Assembly: GCA_038895475.1 (NCBI GenBank)
Contig: JAWANI010000004.1
Coordinates: 1 to 51,500, forward strand
Reading direction: 5' to 3'
Origin: Candidatus Woesearchaeota archaeon
Lineage (GTDB): Archaea; Nanobdellota; Nanobdellia; Woesearchaeales; UBA9642
Length of the DNA stretch: 51,500 bases
The position numbers and the translations under genes were made by a program. Positions 18,906 to 28,638 of this stretch are shown piece after piece; the stretch's first letter is position 1; every line of letters begins with the position of its first letter. Under the pieces are notes generated by a model that had not been told where the DNA came from, made no database searches, and worked only from the letters and a program-made list of their open reading frames with translations.

Positions 18906-20168
18906 TTATTCTTTTTTATGCGCAATATTGTTTATTTTACCTGAATCAGTATTTACTATGATGTTTTTGGAATCTTCGATATATGCACAGCCGACAATAA
19001 TTCCCTCTGCTTGATATTGCCATATTTTTTTTCCCTGAACTTTTCCGGGCTGTTTGGTTACTGCCTCTCCATAATTGCCTGTTTGAGTAACTATTCCTGA
19101 AACCCCAGGAACATAATCAAGCATATAACTACCTTCAGAATCTAGAACATAAATATTATGGTCATAAGATCCTGCTATTACTTCTAATCTTCCATCATTA
19201 TCTAAATCAGTAACTATTGGTGTTGATACCACCCAAAAATCTGTTTCATAACTCCAAATTTTTCTTCCATTAAAATCTAATGCATATACATTGTTATCAC
19301 ATGAACCAAATAATATCTCTTTTCTCTCATCATTGTTTAAATCTGCAGTTGTTACTTTTGAACATATTGCACCACCTGTTTCATAACTCCAGATTAATTC
19401 CCCATTAATGTTAAGACAGTAAAGTATTCCATCAGTTGATCCTATAATTATTACTGGTTCAGAATTTTTTGTTAATGAGTCCAATGCTGCCTGTGCGAGT
19501 ATTTTTCCTTTTGTTTTAAAAGTCCACAATGGTTTTCCTTTTATATCTAAAGCATAAAGTGTTCCGTTATTAGTCCCGAATAAAATCATTAATTGTTTAT
19601 AGTTGATAAATGCAGGACAAGATTCTATCTCTGAGTCTGATTCAAAAGTCCATAATATATTTCCCTTGCTGTTTAGAAAATAAAGATTTTTATCTGCTGA
19701 GCCAAATAATATTCCTGTTTCATTATTGCTAAATTTTTGTATTGTTACAGCACCTTTTATTGCTCCTTTTGTAGTGAAAGTCCATAAAACACTTCCGTCA
19801 TTTTTTAATGCATAAACCTTTCCTGATTCTGTTCCGAATATTATTTCTTTTCTTCCGTCCCAATTTATATCTTCAACAAAAGGCGTACTATTAATGCTGT
19901 CAGCTGTTTCTGCATCTAAGAACATTAGTTCTAAATCTGTATGTTGTTCCTGCGCATTAAACAACCATTTTAACTTTCCAGAGGAGTCTATTGCAATTAT
20001 TTTTCCATCTTTTGTTCCGAATATTATCTCTTTTTTTCCGTCATTGTCTATATCTTCAACCATGGGACTGGACAATAATGTTGAGCCAGAATCATATTTC
20101 CATTGCTCTTCCAATCTTCCGGTTTTTTTATTTATAAGATTTTTAAATGCAAAAGTAATTTTATTCAT
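18906..20168 (-). CDS. PQQ-like/FG-GAP repeat beta-propeller protein without signal peptide
   Basis: Repeated DxxxDGxxEIxFG and YALxxxGxxxWxF motifs. Confidence 0.85.
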   Translation of the reverse strand: MNKITFAFKNLINKKTGRLEEQWKYDSGSTLLSSPMVEDIDNDGKKEIIFGTKDGKIIAIDSSGKLKWLFNAQEQHTDLELMFLDAETADSINSTPFVEDINWDGRKEIIFGTESGKVYALKNDGSVLWTFTTKGAIKGAVTIQKFSNNETGILFGSADKNLYFLNSKGNILWTFESDSEIESCPAFINYKQLMILFGTNNGTLYALDIKGKPLWTFKTKGKILAQAALDSLTKNSEPVIIIGSTDGILYCLNINGELIWSYETGGAICSKVTTADLNNDERKEILFGSCDNNVYALDFNGRKIWSYETDFWVVSTPIVTDLDNDGRLEVIAGSYDHNIYVLDSEGSYMLDYVPGVSGIVTQTGNYGEAVTKQPGKVQGKKIWQYQAEGIIVGCAYIEDSKNIIVNTDSGKINNIAHKKE

Positions 20169-20437
20169 ATTAAAAACCTTATATTTATTGTATTTAAATC
20201 TTTTGAAAAATCTGTTTAAAAGAACATTGTTTTTTTAGTTCTTTTTATTTAAAAGAAACCATTTTAAAATGATAAAATCATCTTTTTTTGTTGAATTGTT
20301 ATTTATTATATTTTTCCTGTTTTTAGATTTTTGTATGTTGTATTTTTCATGCATTTTAATAAATGCACCAATGTCTTAGTATATAATTTTGTGTCTTTAA
20401 GAAACATTTAAATATTTAATAATTTAGTTTTAGAAAA

Positions 20438-21892
20438 ATGGGTCTTCGTGATGAAATAAAGAGGGAGTTAGAAAAAAATCATTCAATAGTGGAAATTAAG
20501 AATTCTCTTATAAGAAGAGGATATTTAGAAGAAGATGTAGATGAGATTCTAAATGAGAGCATAAAAAATAAGGGTGTTGAGAGAAGTAAAAATGACAAAA
20601 TTTTTGCAATAAAAGAATTTTTAGACAGAATAGCTTATGGTTTTTCCAGTCAGCAGTTCATAAATATATTGTTTATGTTCGCAGGAGCATCACTTTTTTT
20701 GATAGGTTTTATCAATGCCCTAAAAAATGCTGTTGTAACATTATTGTCTGGAGCTATAAGGGAATATAGCAAGATTAAATATATTAGTAAAAGAACAATA
20801 AGCAGTTCTGGAATAATTTATGGTTTTAGTTTTTTTGGAATATCTATAGGGTTAGTGATAAAAAATCCTTATGTTTTTGCTTTTTCATTATTATTGGGTT
20901 CTTTAGGAATAATTGCTCACGGAGATCTTTTTCTGGAGTATAGTAAATTATTATTAAAACATGAAAAGCGTTCATTATTTTTAAAGTTTATATCTTATTT
21001 TGGGATAATTATAACTGCAGTTTCTCTTTTTTTGGCAGCTTTCTTTATGGATTTAGTGCCTGTAAATGGTATGCTGATAAATTTATCATTTTTAGGATTT
21101 CCTGATGTTGTTTTTAAAATATTTGGGTATCTTATTGTTTTTGAAATAACAGCAATACTTTTCATTATTTCAGGATATATACTTTCAATGATTAATGAAA
21201 CTGAATTAGTTATGACTGGAAATTTTCATTTTGTATCTTTCTTAAAATCCTATGTTAAAAGCACCACTGAATCTTACAAGGTTTTTAGTAAAAATAAAAA
21301 AGTATATTTATTGACAATAGCCACAATATTGACAACTGTTTTGCAAATAGTGGGAAACAGCTATTATGGGATATTTATTTATGAAAGGTTTAAAACACAG
21401 TTTTTAGGCGGTTTCTTGAATGTGGCTGTTGTTTTTGTTTTTGCATTATTGGCATCATTTTTAGGAACAATTTTTACGAAAAGTTTTTCAAAATCATTGG
21501 GTGAGGCACCAATGCTTGTTTTTGGAACGTTGTTGATTGCATTAATGCCATTAACCCTATATTTTAACCCTAAACTTTATTCTATATCTTTGGCTGCAGC
21601 TTTATCTGTTATAGGCGGCGTTATAGTTGGTATTGCACAGAGTCTTCTTGCAGAAAGATTGCTTGATGAGTCTGAACTAAAAGTGTTTTTTTCAAGCTTA
21701 GGATTTGTTAGTATTATACCAATACTTGCAATAGGATTCTTGGGTTCTTTGATAGCACAGCTTCTTGGTCTGCAGCAGTTATTTCTTTATATAGGCATAG
21801 CTTTATCATTGGTTGTGATGCCAATATATTTTGTAATAGTGCTAATTGTTGATGCAGAGTACAGGGCTGAAAAATTAAATAAAAGAAGCTAA
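20438..21892 (+). CDS. MFS-type transporter with a short soluble N-terminal module
   Basis: About 12 hydrophobic segments in two halves after a roughly 55-aa hydrophilic N-terminus. Confidence 0.75.
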   Translation: MGLRDEIKRELEKNHSIVEIKNSLIRRGYLEEDVDEILNESIKNKGVERSKNDKIFAIKEFLDRIAYGFSSQQFINILFMFAGASLFLIGFINALKNAVVTLLSGAIREYSKIKYISKRTISSSGIIYGFSFFGISIGLVIKNPYVFAFSLLLGSLGIIAHGDLFLEYSKLLLKHEKRSLFLKFISYFGIIITAVSLFLAAFFMDLVPVNGMLINLSFLGFPDVVFKIFGYLIVFEITAILFIISGYILSMINETELVMTGNFHFVSFLKSYVKSTTESYKVFSKNKKVYLLTIATILTTVLQIVGNSYYGIFIYERFKTQFLGGFLNVAVVFVFALLASFLGTIFTKSFSKSLGEAPMLVFGTLLIALMPLTLYFNPKLYSISLAAALSVIGGVIVGIAQSLLAERLLDESELKVFFSSLGFVSIIPILAIGFLGSLIAQLLGLQQLFLYIGIALSLVVMPIYFVIVLIVDAEYRAEKLNKRS

Positions 21893-21959
21893 ACATTAAA
21901 TAATTAATATTTTTGAATATTTATTAAAATTTATAAATTTTAGTTTATTCTTTTTTCTA

Positions 21960-23483
21960 ATGAGCAAAGATTTGATAAAAGGGCAGATTGTTTCTGGAAA
22001 GTTTGAGGAGATTATAGCAAGACAAAAATCGGATAGTGATTTTGAATTAGGGGAGATACTTGTTGCAGAAACGGATAAAGAAAAGTTTTTTTTACAGGTT
22101 TACGATTTAAAGTTTGGTTCTCAGATAAGTCAACAGAATCTTGAGCTAATATCTGGAATGTTTTTGGAGGAAGATTCAAAAATTGATTTAATAGACAAAA
22201 GTATGAGAAATTATAAGATGGCTTTTCTTAAACCATTATTGATATTAAGAGAAAACAGCATTTCTTTATCAAAATCCCTTCCCGAACCATTTACAAATCT
22301 TAGGGAGATAAATGCTGAGGATATGTCTTTTTTAATTAAACCCGAAAATCCTTTATTTATAGGGTATTTAAGGAGCGGTTCAAAAAAGTTAGATGTTCCT
22401 ATTTTTTTGGATTCTAAAAGTGTATTAACACATCATGTTCTTGTTTCAGGCACAACAGGTAAAGGAAAAAGTGTTTTAATGAAGAACCTTTTGTGGGATC
22501 TTAATGGAAAAGCAGGTCTGTTGGTTCTTGATCCGCATGATGAGTATTATGGCAGAAATGATTTTGGATTAAAGGATAATCCTGATGGAAATGTTGTTTA
22601 TTATACCTCTAGAAATGTCCCGAAAAATGGCAGAACATTAAAAATAAATATTTCTGTTTTGCGTCCAAATCATTTTGCCTGTTTAGATTTTTCTGATGCA
22701 CAGGATCAGGCAATGAATGCTTATTATAGGGAGTATGGAGAAAAATGGATAGAATCAATAATCATTGACAAACCATTGGTATCTGTAAAATTTAATGATG
22801 CTACTGTTAATGTTCTTAAAAGAAGATTAATGTATTTATTGGATCTAGATTTTTATGATTCTCAGGTGTTTTGTAATGGTATATTTGATATTAATGCAGG
22901 TGATTCAACTATTAAAAATATTTGCAATGACTTAGAAAATTTAAAAACCGTCATTATTGATACATCAACTTTTTCTGGTCAGATAGAATTACTTATTGGT
23001 TCTTTAATTGCAACAGAAGTCTTTAATAGGTATAAATATTATAAAATGAACGGAATATTAAAAGATAAGCCTATAATCGGTGTTGTTTTAGAAGAGGCTC
23101 CTAGGGTGTTAGGGAAGGAGGTTTTAGAGAAAGGTGGCAATATTTTTTCATCTATAGCCCGTGAGGGTAGAAAGTTTAATGTTGGATTAATTGCAATAAC
23201 ACAACTTCCCAGTTTGATTCCGAGGGAAATTTTGGCAAACATGAATACTAAATTAATACTCGGTACTGAAATGCTTGCCGAAAGACAGGCTTTAATAGAG
23301 AGTGCAAGTCAGGATCTTTCATCTGATTCAAGAAATATTGCTGCATTGGATAAAGGGGAATGCATAGTTTCAAGTAATTTTTCAAGATTCGCTATACCTG
23401 TAAAGATTCCTTTTTTTAATGAGAAAAAAGTACAAAAGCATATTGTTGGTGTTGAAAATTCTTTTTTAGGATTAAAAGAATAA
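21960..23483 (+). CDS. herA: HerA-family ATPase/DNA translocase
   Basis: N-terminal HAS-barrel-like region, [37 protein letters not shown]; mre11 nearby. Confidence 0.9.
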   Translation: MSKDLIKGQIVSGKFEEIIARQKSDSDFELGEILVAETDKEKFFLQVYDLKFGSQISQQNLELISGMFLEEDSKIDLIDKSMRNYKMAFLKPLLILRENSISLSKSLPEPFTNLREINAEDMSFLIKPENPLFIGYLRSGSKKLDVPIFLDSKSVLTHHVLVSGTTGKGKSVLMKNLLWDLNGKAGLLVLDPHDEYYGRNDFGLKDNPDGNVVYYTSRNVPKNGRTLKINISVLRPNHFACLDFSDAQDQAMNAYYREYGEKWIESIIIDKPLVSVKFNDATVNVLKRRLMYLLDLDFYDSQVFCNGIFDINAGDSTIKNICNDLENLKTVIIDTSTFSGQIELLIGSLIATEVFNRYKYYKMNGILKDKPIIGVVLEEAPRVLGKEVLEKGGNIFSSIAREGRKFNVGLIAITQLPSLIPREILANMNTKLILGTEMLAERQALIESASQDLSSDSRNIAALDKGECIVSSNFSRFAIPVKIPFFNEKKVQKHIVGVENSFLGLKE

Positions 23484-23550
23484 AATTAGTTATTACTTTA
23501 TAATGACAAAAATAGTAAAATTTTTAAATAGGTATATATTTATATTATCC

Positions 23551-24174
23551 ATGAAAAAAGAAATACTGAATTTAATAGAAAAAATAGACCCAGAAAAAAA
23601 TAACACATATACACTATCAGAAATAATAGACAAAACAGGAAAAAAAATAATAGATTATAGGGCAAACATAGTGAAAAAATATTGTATTATAGATAACATA
23701 TTAAATCCTTACTTAGAAATAAGTCTTTATAAAGAATTAGTAAGAGCAGCACATTATCTAGATTATAGTAAAATATATACAAACATATTAGCCAAACCAT
23801 TAGGAGAAAAAGGCATAGAATTACAAAAATCATTCTTTAGCATAGGTTCAATCAGAAGACAAAATAAATTACAAACATTAGAAGACCTAGAAACTAAGCT
23901 TAAAGAAATAAAAAGTTATGAAGATGCAGGGGATGTATTTTCATGTTTTTTATACACTGTCGTTATAAATGAAAATAATCATGAACTAGAAAAATTTTTA
24001 GGATTATATAATTTAGACCAAAATGTCAGAACTGTTTTGTTAAATCTTGCAAGAACAGCAGACTGGAACATTATAACTAGAACGGAAGACAGATACAGAT
24101 TTCCTGAAGGTATAACAGAAAGATATCTGATAAAAAAATTGAAAGAAAAAAAACTATATATTTATCTAAATTAA
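23551..24174 (+). CDS. Hypothetical protein
   Basis: Long ORF with its own TATA box; no recognised motif. Confidence 0.7.
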   Translation: MKKEILNLIEKIDPEKNNTYTLSEIIDKTGKKIIDYRANIVKKYCIIDNILNPYLEISLYKELVRAAHYLDYSKIYTNILAKPLGEKGIELQKSFFSIGSIRRQNKLQTLEDLETKLKEIKSYEDAGDVFSCFLYTVVINENNHELEKFLGLYNLDQNVRTVLLNLARTADWNIITRTEDRYRFPEGITERYLIKKLKEKKLYIYLN

Positions 24175-24254
24175 ACGCAATAGGGTTAAAATATAATTAA
24201 AGATTAATCAATATAATAATCAACTTTATTAATCCTTTTTCTTTTCTTTTATTT

Positions 24255-25469
24255 ATGAAGTTTGCACATATGGCCGATTGTCATGTAGGGAGTTGGAGAG
24301 ATCAAAAGTTAAAGGAATTAAGCATAGAGTCTTTCAAGAAAGCAATATCCATATGTATAGATAAAAAGATAGATTTTTTATTAATAGCAGGAGACTTGTT
24401 TAATAATGCACTTCCCAACATAGAGAGCTTAAGGGTGGTTGTTAAAGAATTAAGAAGATTAAAACAAAAAAAAATAAATGTATATGTAATCCCCGGATCT
24501 CATGATTATTCTCCAAGCGGAAAAACAATGATTGACGTATTAGAAGAAGCAGAACTTTTGAAAAACGTATTCAAGGGAACAGTAAAAGACAATAAAATTT
24601 ACCTCAGTTTTACTATTGATAATAATACTGGTGTTAAAATAACAGGCGTTCTTGGAAGAAGAGGCACTTTAGAAAAAAACTATTATGATGCATTGGATAC
24701 TGAAAGTTTAGAAAAAGAGCCTGGAGAAAAAATATTTTTATTTCATTCAGCGATAACAGAATTAATGCCGAAAGAATTTTCACAAATTGAATCAATGCCA
24801 TTAAGTATGCTTCCGAAAGGATTCATGTATTATGCAGGTGGGCATATACATATTGTTAAAAACCAGTCTTTTGAAAATTATACGAATGTTGTTTATTCTG
24901 GACCATTGTTTCCGGCAAATTTTTCTGAATTAGAAAGATTAAGCACAGGAGGATTTTTTATATTTGATAATGAGGCCGAAGAAAAAATTCAAAGAATAGA
25001 ACTTAATATAAAAAATATTTATTTATTAGAAGTTAATGCAAACAATAAAAGTCCAGAACAGATAACTAGTGAGATACTGGAAAAAATAAAGAATAAAGAG
25101 TTTATAAACACCATTGTTTTGTTAAAAGTCTATGGAAAAATAAATACAGGAAAAATTTCAGATATAGATTTTAATAATATATTTGAAAAAATATATTCTC
25201 AGGGAGCATATTATGTCTTAAAAAACACCTATAAATTAATTTCAGAAGAATTCGAAGAGATAAAAATAGGCTTTGAAAATATAGAAGATGTTGAAGATTC
25301 ATTAATAAAAGAACATCTTCAACAGTATAAAATATTTGATAAAGATAAGGAATATAGATTAATTAAAGATTTAATGAATTCTTTAAGTTCAGAAAAGCAT
25401 GAAGGCGAAAAAGTCCACGAGTATGAGGAAAGGATAAGAAAAGAGGTAGAAAAGGTATTAGACTTATAA
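24255..25469 (+). CDS. mre11: Mre11 DNA double-strand break repair nuclease
   Basis: ADCHVG, AGDLF, PGSHD, FH, GHIH phosphoesterase motifs. Confidence 0.92.
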   Translation: MKFAHMADCHVGSWRDQKLKELSIESFKKAISICIDKKIDFLLIAGDLFNNALPNIESLRVVVKELRRLKQKKINVYVIPGSHDYSPSGKTMIDVLEEAELLKNVFKGTVKDNKIYLSFTIDNNTGVKITGVLGRRGTLEKNYYDALDTESLEKEPGEKIFLFHSAITELMPKEFSQIESMPLSMLPKGFMYYAGGHIHIVKNQSFENYTNVVYSGPLFPANFSELERLSTGGFFIFDNEAEEKIQRIELNIKNIYLLEVNANNKSPEQITSEILEKIKNKEFINTIVLLKVYGKINTGKISDIDFNNIFEKIYSQGAYYVLKNTYKLISEEFEEIKIGFENIEDVEDSLIKEHLQQYKIFDKDKEYRLIKDLMNSLSSEKHEGEKVHEYEERIRKEVEKVLDL

Positions 25470-25490
25470 AGGTATTTATCCTATAGGGAA

Positions 25491-26411
25491 TTATCCTATA
25501 ATCTTCACCTTGAAATCCTCTATATACGGATGATTTATTCTTAGATTATTCATTATTATGTCAAGGTCCTTTGCCGTCTTTACGTCCACATTAAATACTA
25601 TATCTTGTGCTCCCATCCGTTCTTCTATTTGTATTACATTCTTTTCCAATCTTAAAAGTTCCATCAATCGATGTTTTTTTTGCTGGTCGGATATCTGTAT
25701 ATTTATTTGATACCTGCTGTATCCTATCATAGATGTGTCTATTAACGGTACGGCTTTTCTGAGTATTTTTTCTGAGTACATCTTTTTTATTCTTGAAGTA
25801 GTTGTGGAAGGTGGCATACTAAGTTTTTTGGATATTTCTATGATTCCTGCAAGCGGTTCTTTTTCGATTAGTAAGAGTATCTGTTCTTCTTCCGGTGAAA
25901 TATTCTTTGGCTGCAATATCTCCATCACTTCCTCTATCCTATTTTTATGTATGTATGCGTGTCCTAGGAATATCTTTCTTGATGTAACATATATGCTCTT
26001 GTCTTTGATATATCTATTATATTTTTCCATTATTTTTGAATATGTGGTTAATAATTCTTTCTGATTCTTTGTCCAGAATTTTACCTCCATATCTGTTGTG
26101 CCTTGTATGAATAAAATGGCTTCTGTTCTTGGCATATTGTTGAATTCCTTTACCATATCCGTTTTCGTGTTTTCTTCTATGTTATGGAGGTCTAATGATA
26201 TAGTGTATTGATTGTATCCTAGTGCATAATAGTCTATTATTGTCTTGTATCCTTTTATGAATCCTTCTTCTTGCATACGTTTTATCCTATAGTTTGTTAT
26301 TTCTTTACTTAAGCGGCAATTTTTTGCTATTTGTGAAATGGTTGCTCTAGAGTTCTTATCCAGTTCTGCGAGTATTTTTAGATCTTTTTCATAAAGGCGA
26401 AAATTATTCAT
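25491..26411 (-). CDS. Double-domain Lrp/AsnC transcriptional regulator
   Basis: Two HTH+RAM units (DLKILAELDKNSR..NYRIKRM and ISKKLSMPPSTTTSRIKKM). Confidence 0.88.
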   Translation of the reverse strand: MNNFRLYEKDLKILAELDKNSRATISQIAKNCRLSKEITNYRIKRMQEEGFIKGYKTIIDYYALGYNQYTISLDLHNIEENTKTDMVKEFNNMPRTEAILFIQGTTDMEVKFWTKNQKELLTTYSKIMEKYNRYIKDKSIYVTSRKIFLGHAYIHKNRIEEVMEILQPKNISPEEEQILLLIEKEPLAGIIEISKKLSMPPSTTTSRIKKMYSEKILRKAVPLIDTSMIGYSRYQINIQISDQQKKHRLMELLRLEKNVIQIEERMGAQDIVFNVDVKTAKDLDIIMNNLRINHPYIEDFKVKIIG

Positions 26412-26536
26412 AAAATGACTTATTATTCTCTTTATTTATAAATATATTGAATTTTGATTAATAATTTAATAAATAATTTTATATATTTACAATGACTAAT
26501 TACCTTTAATAAGTAGTTACTAATGAGGTTGTTAAA

Positions 26537-26764
26537 ATGAAATTAGCTTCGATACCAATAATACATATTTCAGAAGACGACAGCAGAGATACAATTTGTG
26601 AAACTGGAGAATCAGTGGTTGAATCAATGCTTGAATCAGTCAAGGCTAAGATCATAATTATAGATAAAGTCCTTGAAATACATGATAATAAAAAAACAAT
26701 GACTATATTCAAAATCACCACAGAAAAGAACACATTAAATCAAATAATGAGGCGATTAAAATGA
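26537..26764 (+). CDS. Hypothetical protein (75 aa)
   Basis: GAGGT RBS; stop overlaps the next start. Confidence 0.55.
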   Translation: MKLASIPIIHISEDDSRDTICETGESVVESMLESVKAKIIIIDKVLEIHDNKKTMTIFKITTEKNTLNQIMRRLK

Positions 26765-28152
26765 TGATAACAATATTATCGAAAAGGAACAAAGCGCTCA
26801 AAGAAAGTATAGAAAAGTTAATAGCAGAAAGGGATGATCCTAATTTAAAGAAAAAGATAGAAACATCTAGATTACCCAGACCTACTCTGTATTTACGTGA
26901 TGATCCGGTAGTAATACTTCTTGAAGGTACTCGCATAAGCAAGATATTTAGTAGAAAATTTTTTCAGAAAAGATATGATAAAATGATTAATATGCTTAAG
27001 CAGAAGATTGATGAAAATAATAAAGAGATTGCTGAACGCGAGTCCCAAATAGAACGAATTGTCAATATGGAAGATGATGAATATACGCTTTTAGAAAAAG
27101 AAATTAAAGATTCTATAAAGAATTATATCAAGAGAAGTAATTGTGGATGTACAAGAACCAGTGCTAGAGATATTTTGTCAGGTCTCTATGAATTTAACTC
27201 ACTCATAGTATACGATTCATTAGAAAAGCATTTATTCTCTTATTGTGAAGTAACCAAAGGATTCCGCAGCTTTAACAATGATGAGGTATTAGAAAGTTTA
27301 ATGGATGCATCATTGGTCGCGATCTCAAAAATGAAGAAGAAAAGTATAGCAACCGAAAAATTGCTAAATAACATTGAACTTATAGCAAGTAGTGCAGAAT
27401 TTAATTTGGGAGAATATGATGCACGGTATCCTGAAAGATATGAGTTTGCAGATCGTGCATTCAAAATACTTAGCGAAGAGTGTGAAAAGGCATCGGCCGA
27501 AGGAAGAAATTATCACGCGTACAGAATAGCAAAAATAATTGAAGCGTTATCGTACAGTGAAGAGATGAAAGTTGTTTCAAAAGAGTTAAAGAATAAATAT
27601 TGCAAGGACGCTTTAAAAGAGATATTATCTGACAAAAACATGGACTTAGAATCAAAAAAAAGATATATAAAAAATATTAGTTTATCAGATAAAGTTTCGA
27701 GAGAATTATATAGATTTGAAGAAATGACAAAAAAATTAGATTCCAGTCAAAAAATTAAGAACAAAATAGACTATACGATTGAAGAAATTGTGCACTCAAA
27801 GAATCGATTAATATCTGAAATTGAATGTAAAATATCTGAAGCCACAGGACACTTAAACAACGCCATAGAAAAACTCGAAGGGGAGAAGAAAAAATACGAA
27901 CAAATAAAAGGAGGAAGTGTGATAGATGAAATTAAAGAAAAAGAGACTCAAAAGTTTGAAAAGCAAATCGAAGAAACATACTCAATCATTAATCAAGTAA
28001 AAAGAACTATAGAAGATAAGTATAATCCTCTCATAAAGAAACATTCTGAGTTTGAAGAATCCCTTAGACGTGCAATCCAGAAAATTAATGATAGAACAAT
28101 GACAAGAGAAGAATATAAGAGGCTACAGCATGAACTCAGGCTTTACAAATAG
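26761..28152 (+). CDS. Hypothetical helical/coiled-coil protein
   Basis: 463-aa ORF with E/K-rich heptad-like stretches and no P-loop. Confidence 0.75.
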   Translation: MMITILSKRNKALKESIEKLIAERDDPNLKKKIETSRLPRPTLYLRDDPVVILLEGTRISKIFSRKFFQKRYDKMINMLKQKIDENNKEIAERESQIERIVNMEDDEYTLLEKEIKDSIKNYIKRSNCGCTRTSARDILSGLYEFNSLIVYDSLEKHLFSYCEVTKGFRSFNNDEVLESLMDASLVAISKMKKKSIATEKLLNNIELIASSAEFNLGEYDARYPERYEFADRAFKILSEECEKASAEGRNYHAYRIAKIIEALSYSEEMKVVSKELKNKYCKDALKEILSDKNMDLESKKRYIKNISLSDKVSRELYRFEEMTKKLDSSQKIKNKIDYTIEEIVHSKNRLISEIECKISEATGHLNNAIEKLEGEKKKYEQIKGGSVIDEIKEKETQKFEKQIEETYSIINQVKRTIEDKYNPLIKKHSEFEESLRRAIQKINDRTMTREEYKRLQHELRLYK

Positions 28153-28186
28153 TTTTTTTTATGTTTTTTATAGTTAAAAATTAGAA

Positions 28187-28619
28187 TCATAGCTGAAAGT
28201 CTTCTTCTTTGAGAAGTTCTTTAATGTCGCTATTTAACACTTCAACTATCCTGTCTATGAGTGGTTTTTTTATAAATTCTTTTTGTATTCTTATCAAGTT
28301 TTCTAAAAACTTATTTTTTTCTTCACTGTTTAGTTTTTTAAGAGCATCTGTAACTCCTTTATTTTCATAATCATATTTTCCTTTTATGAATAGTACTTTA
28401 TAATAGCGCCTATCAAAATCTTCTAGAATTTTTTTTGCTGAGCCACCTAAATTTTTATATTCATTCATTATATTTGCTATTTGACTATATAACCTCATTC
28501 GGCGTTGAGCCATCAATAAACATATTACTATTTGCAATTTTTATATTTGACTTGTCAAATGGTTGCTTTATCGTTTCATAGATATCTTGTGTATTTATGT
28601 ATATTATTTGCTCATTCAT
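28187..28619 (-). pseudogene. Frameshifted hypothetical gene (or sequencing error)
   Basis: ATG 28619 frame MNEQIIY...GSTPNEVI stops at 28485; deleting one A at about 28490 joins it to YSQIANIMNEY... of the 116-aa ORF. Confidence 0.6.
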
Positions 28620-28638
28620 TTGTTTCATCTATTCTTTT

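Noticed and set aside
20235-20354. 39-aa minus-strand ORF MHEKYNIQK...
   Set aside because: Low-complexity K/N-rich frame in an AT-rich divergent promoter region with no other support
26761-28152. Coiled-coil protein as the missing Rad50
   Set aside because: No Walker A/B, no ABC signature, no central CxxC hook, and too short
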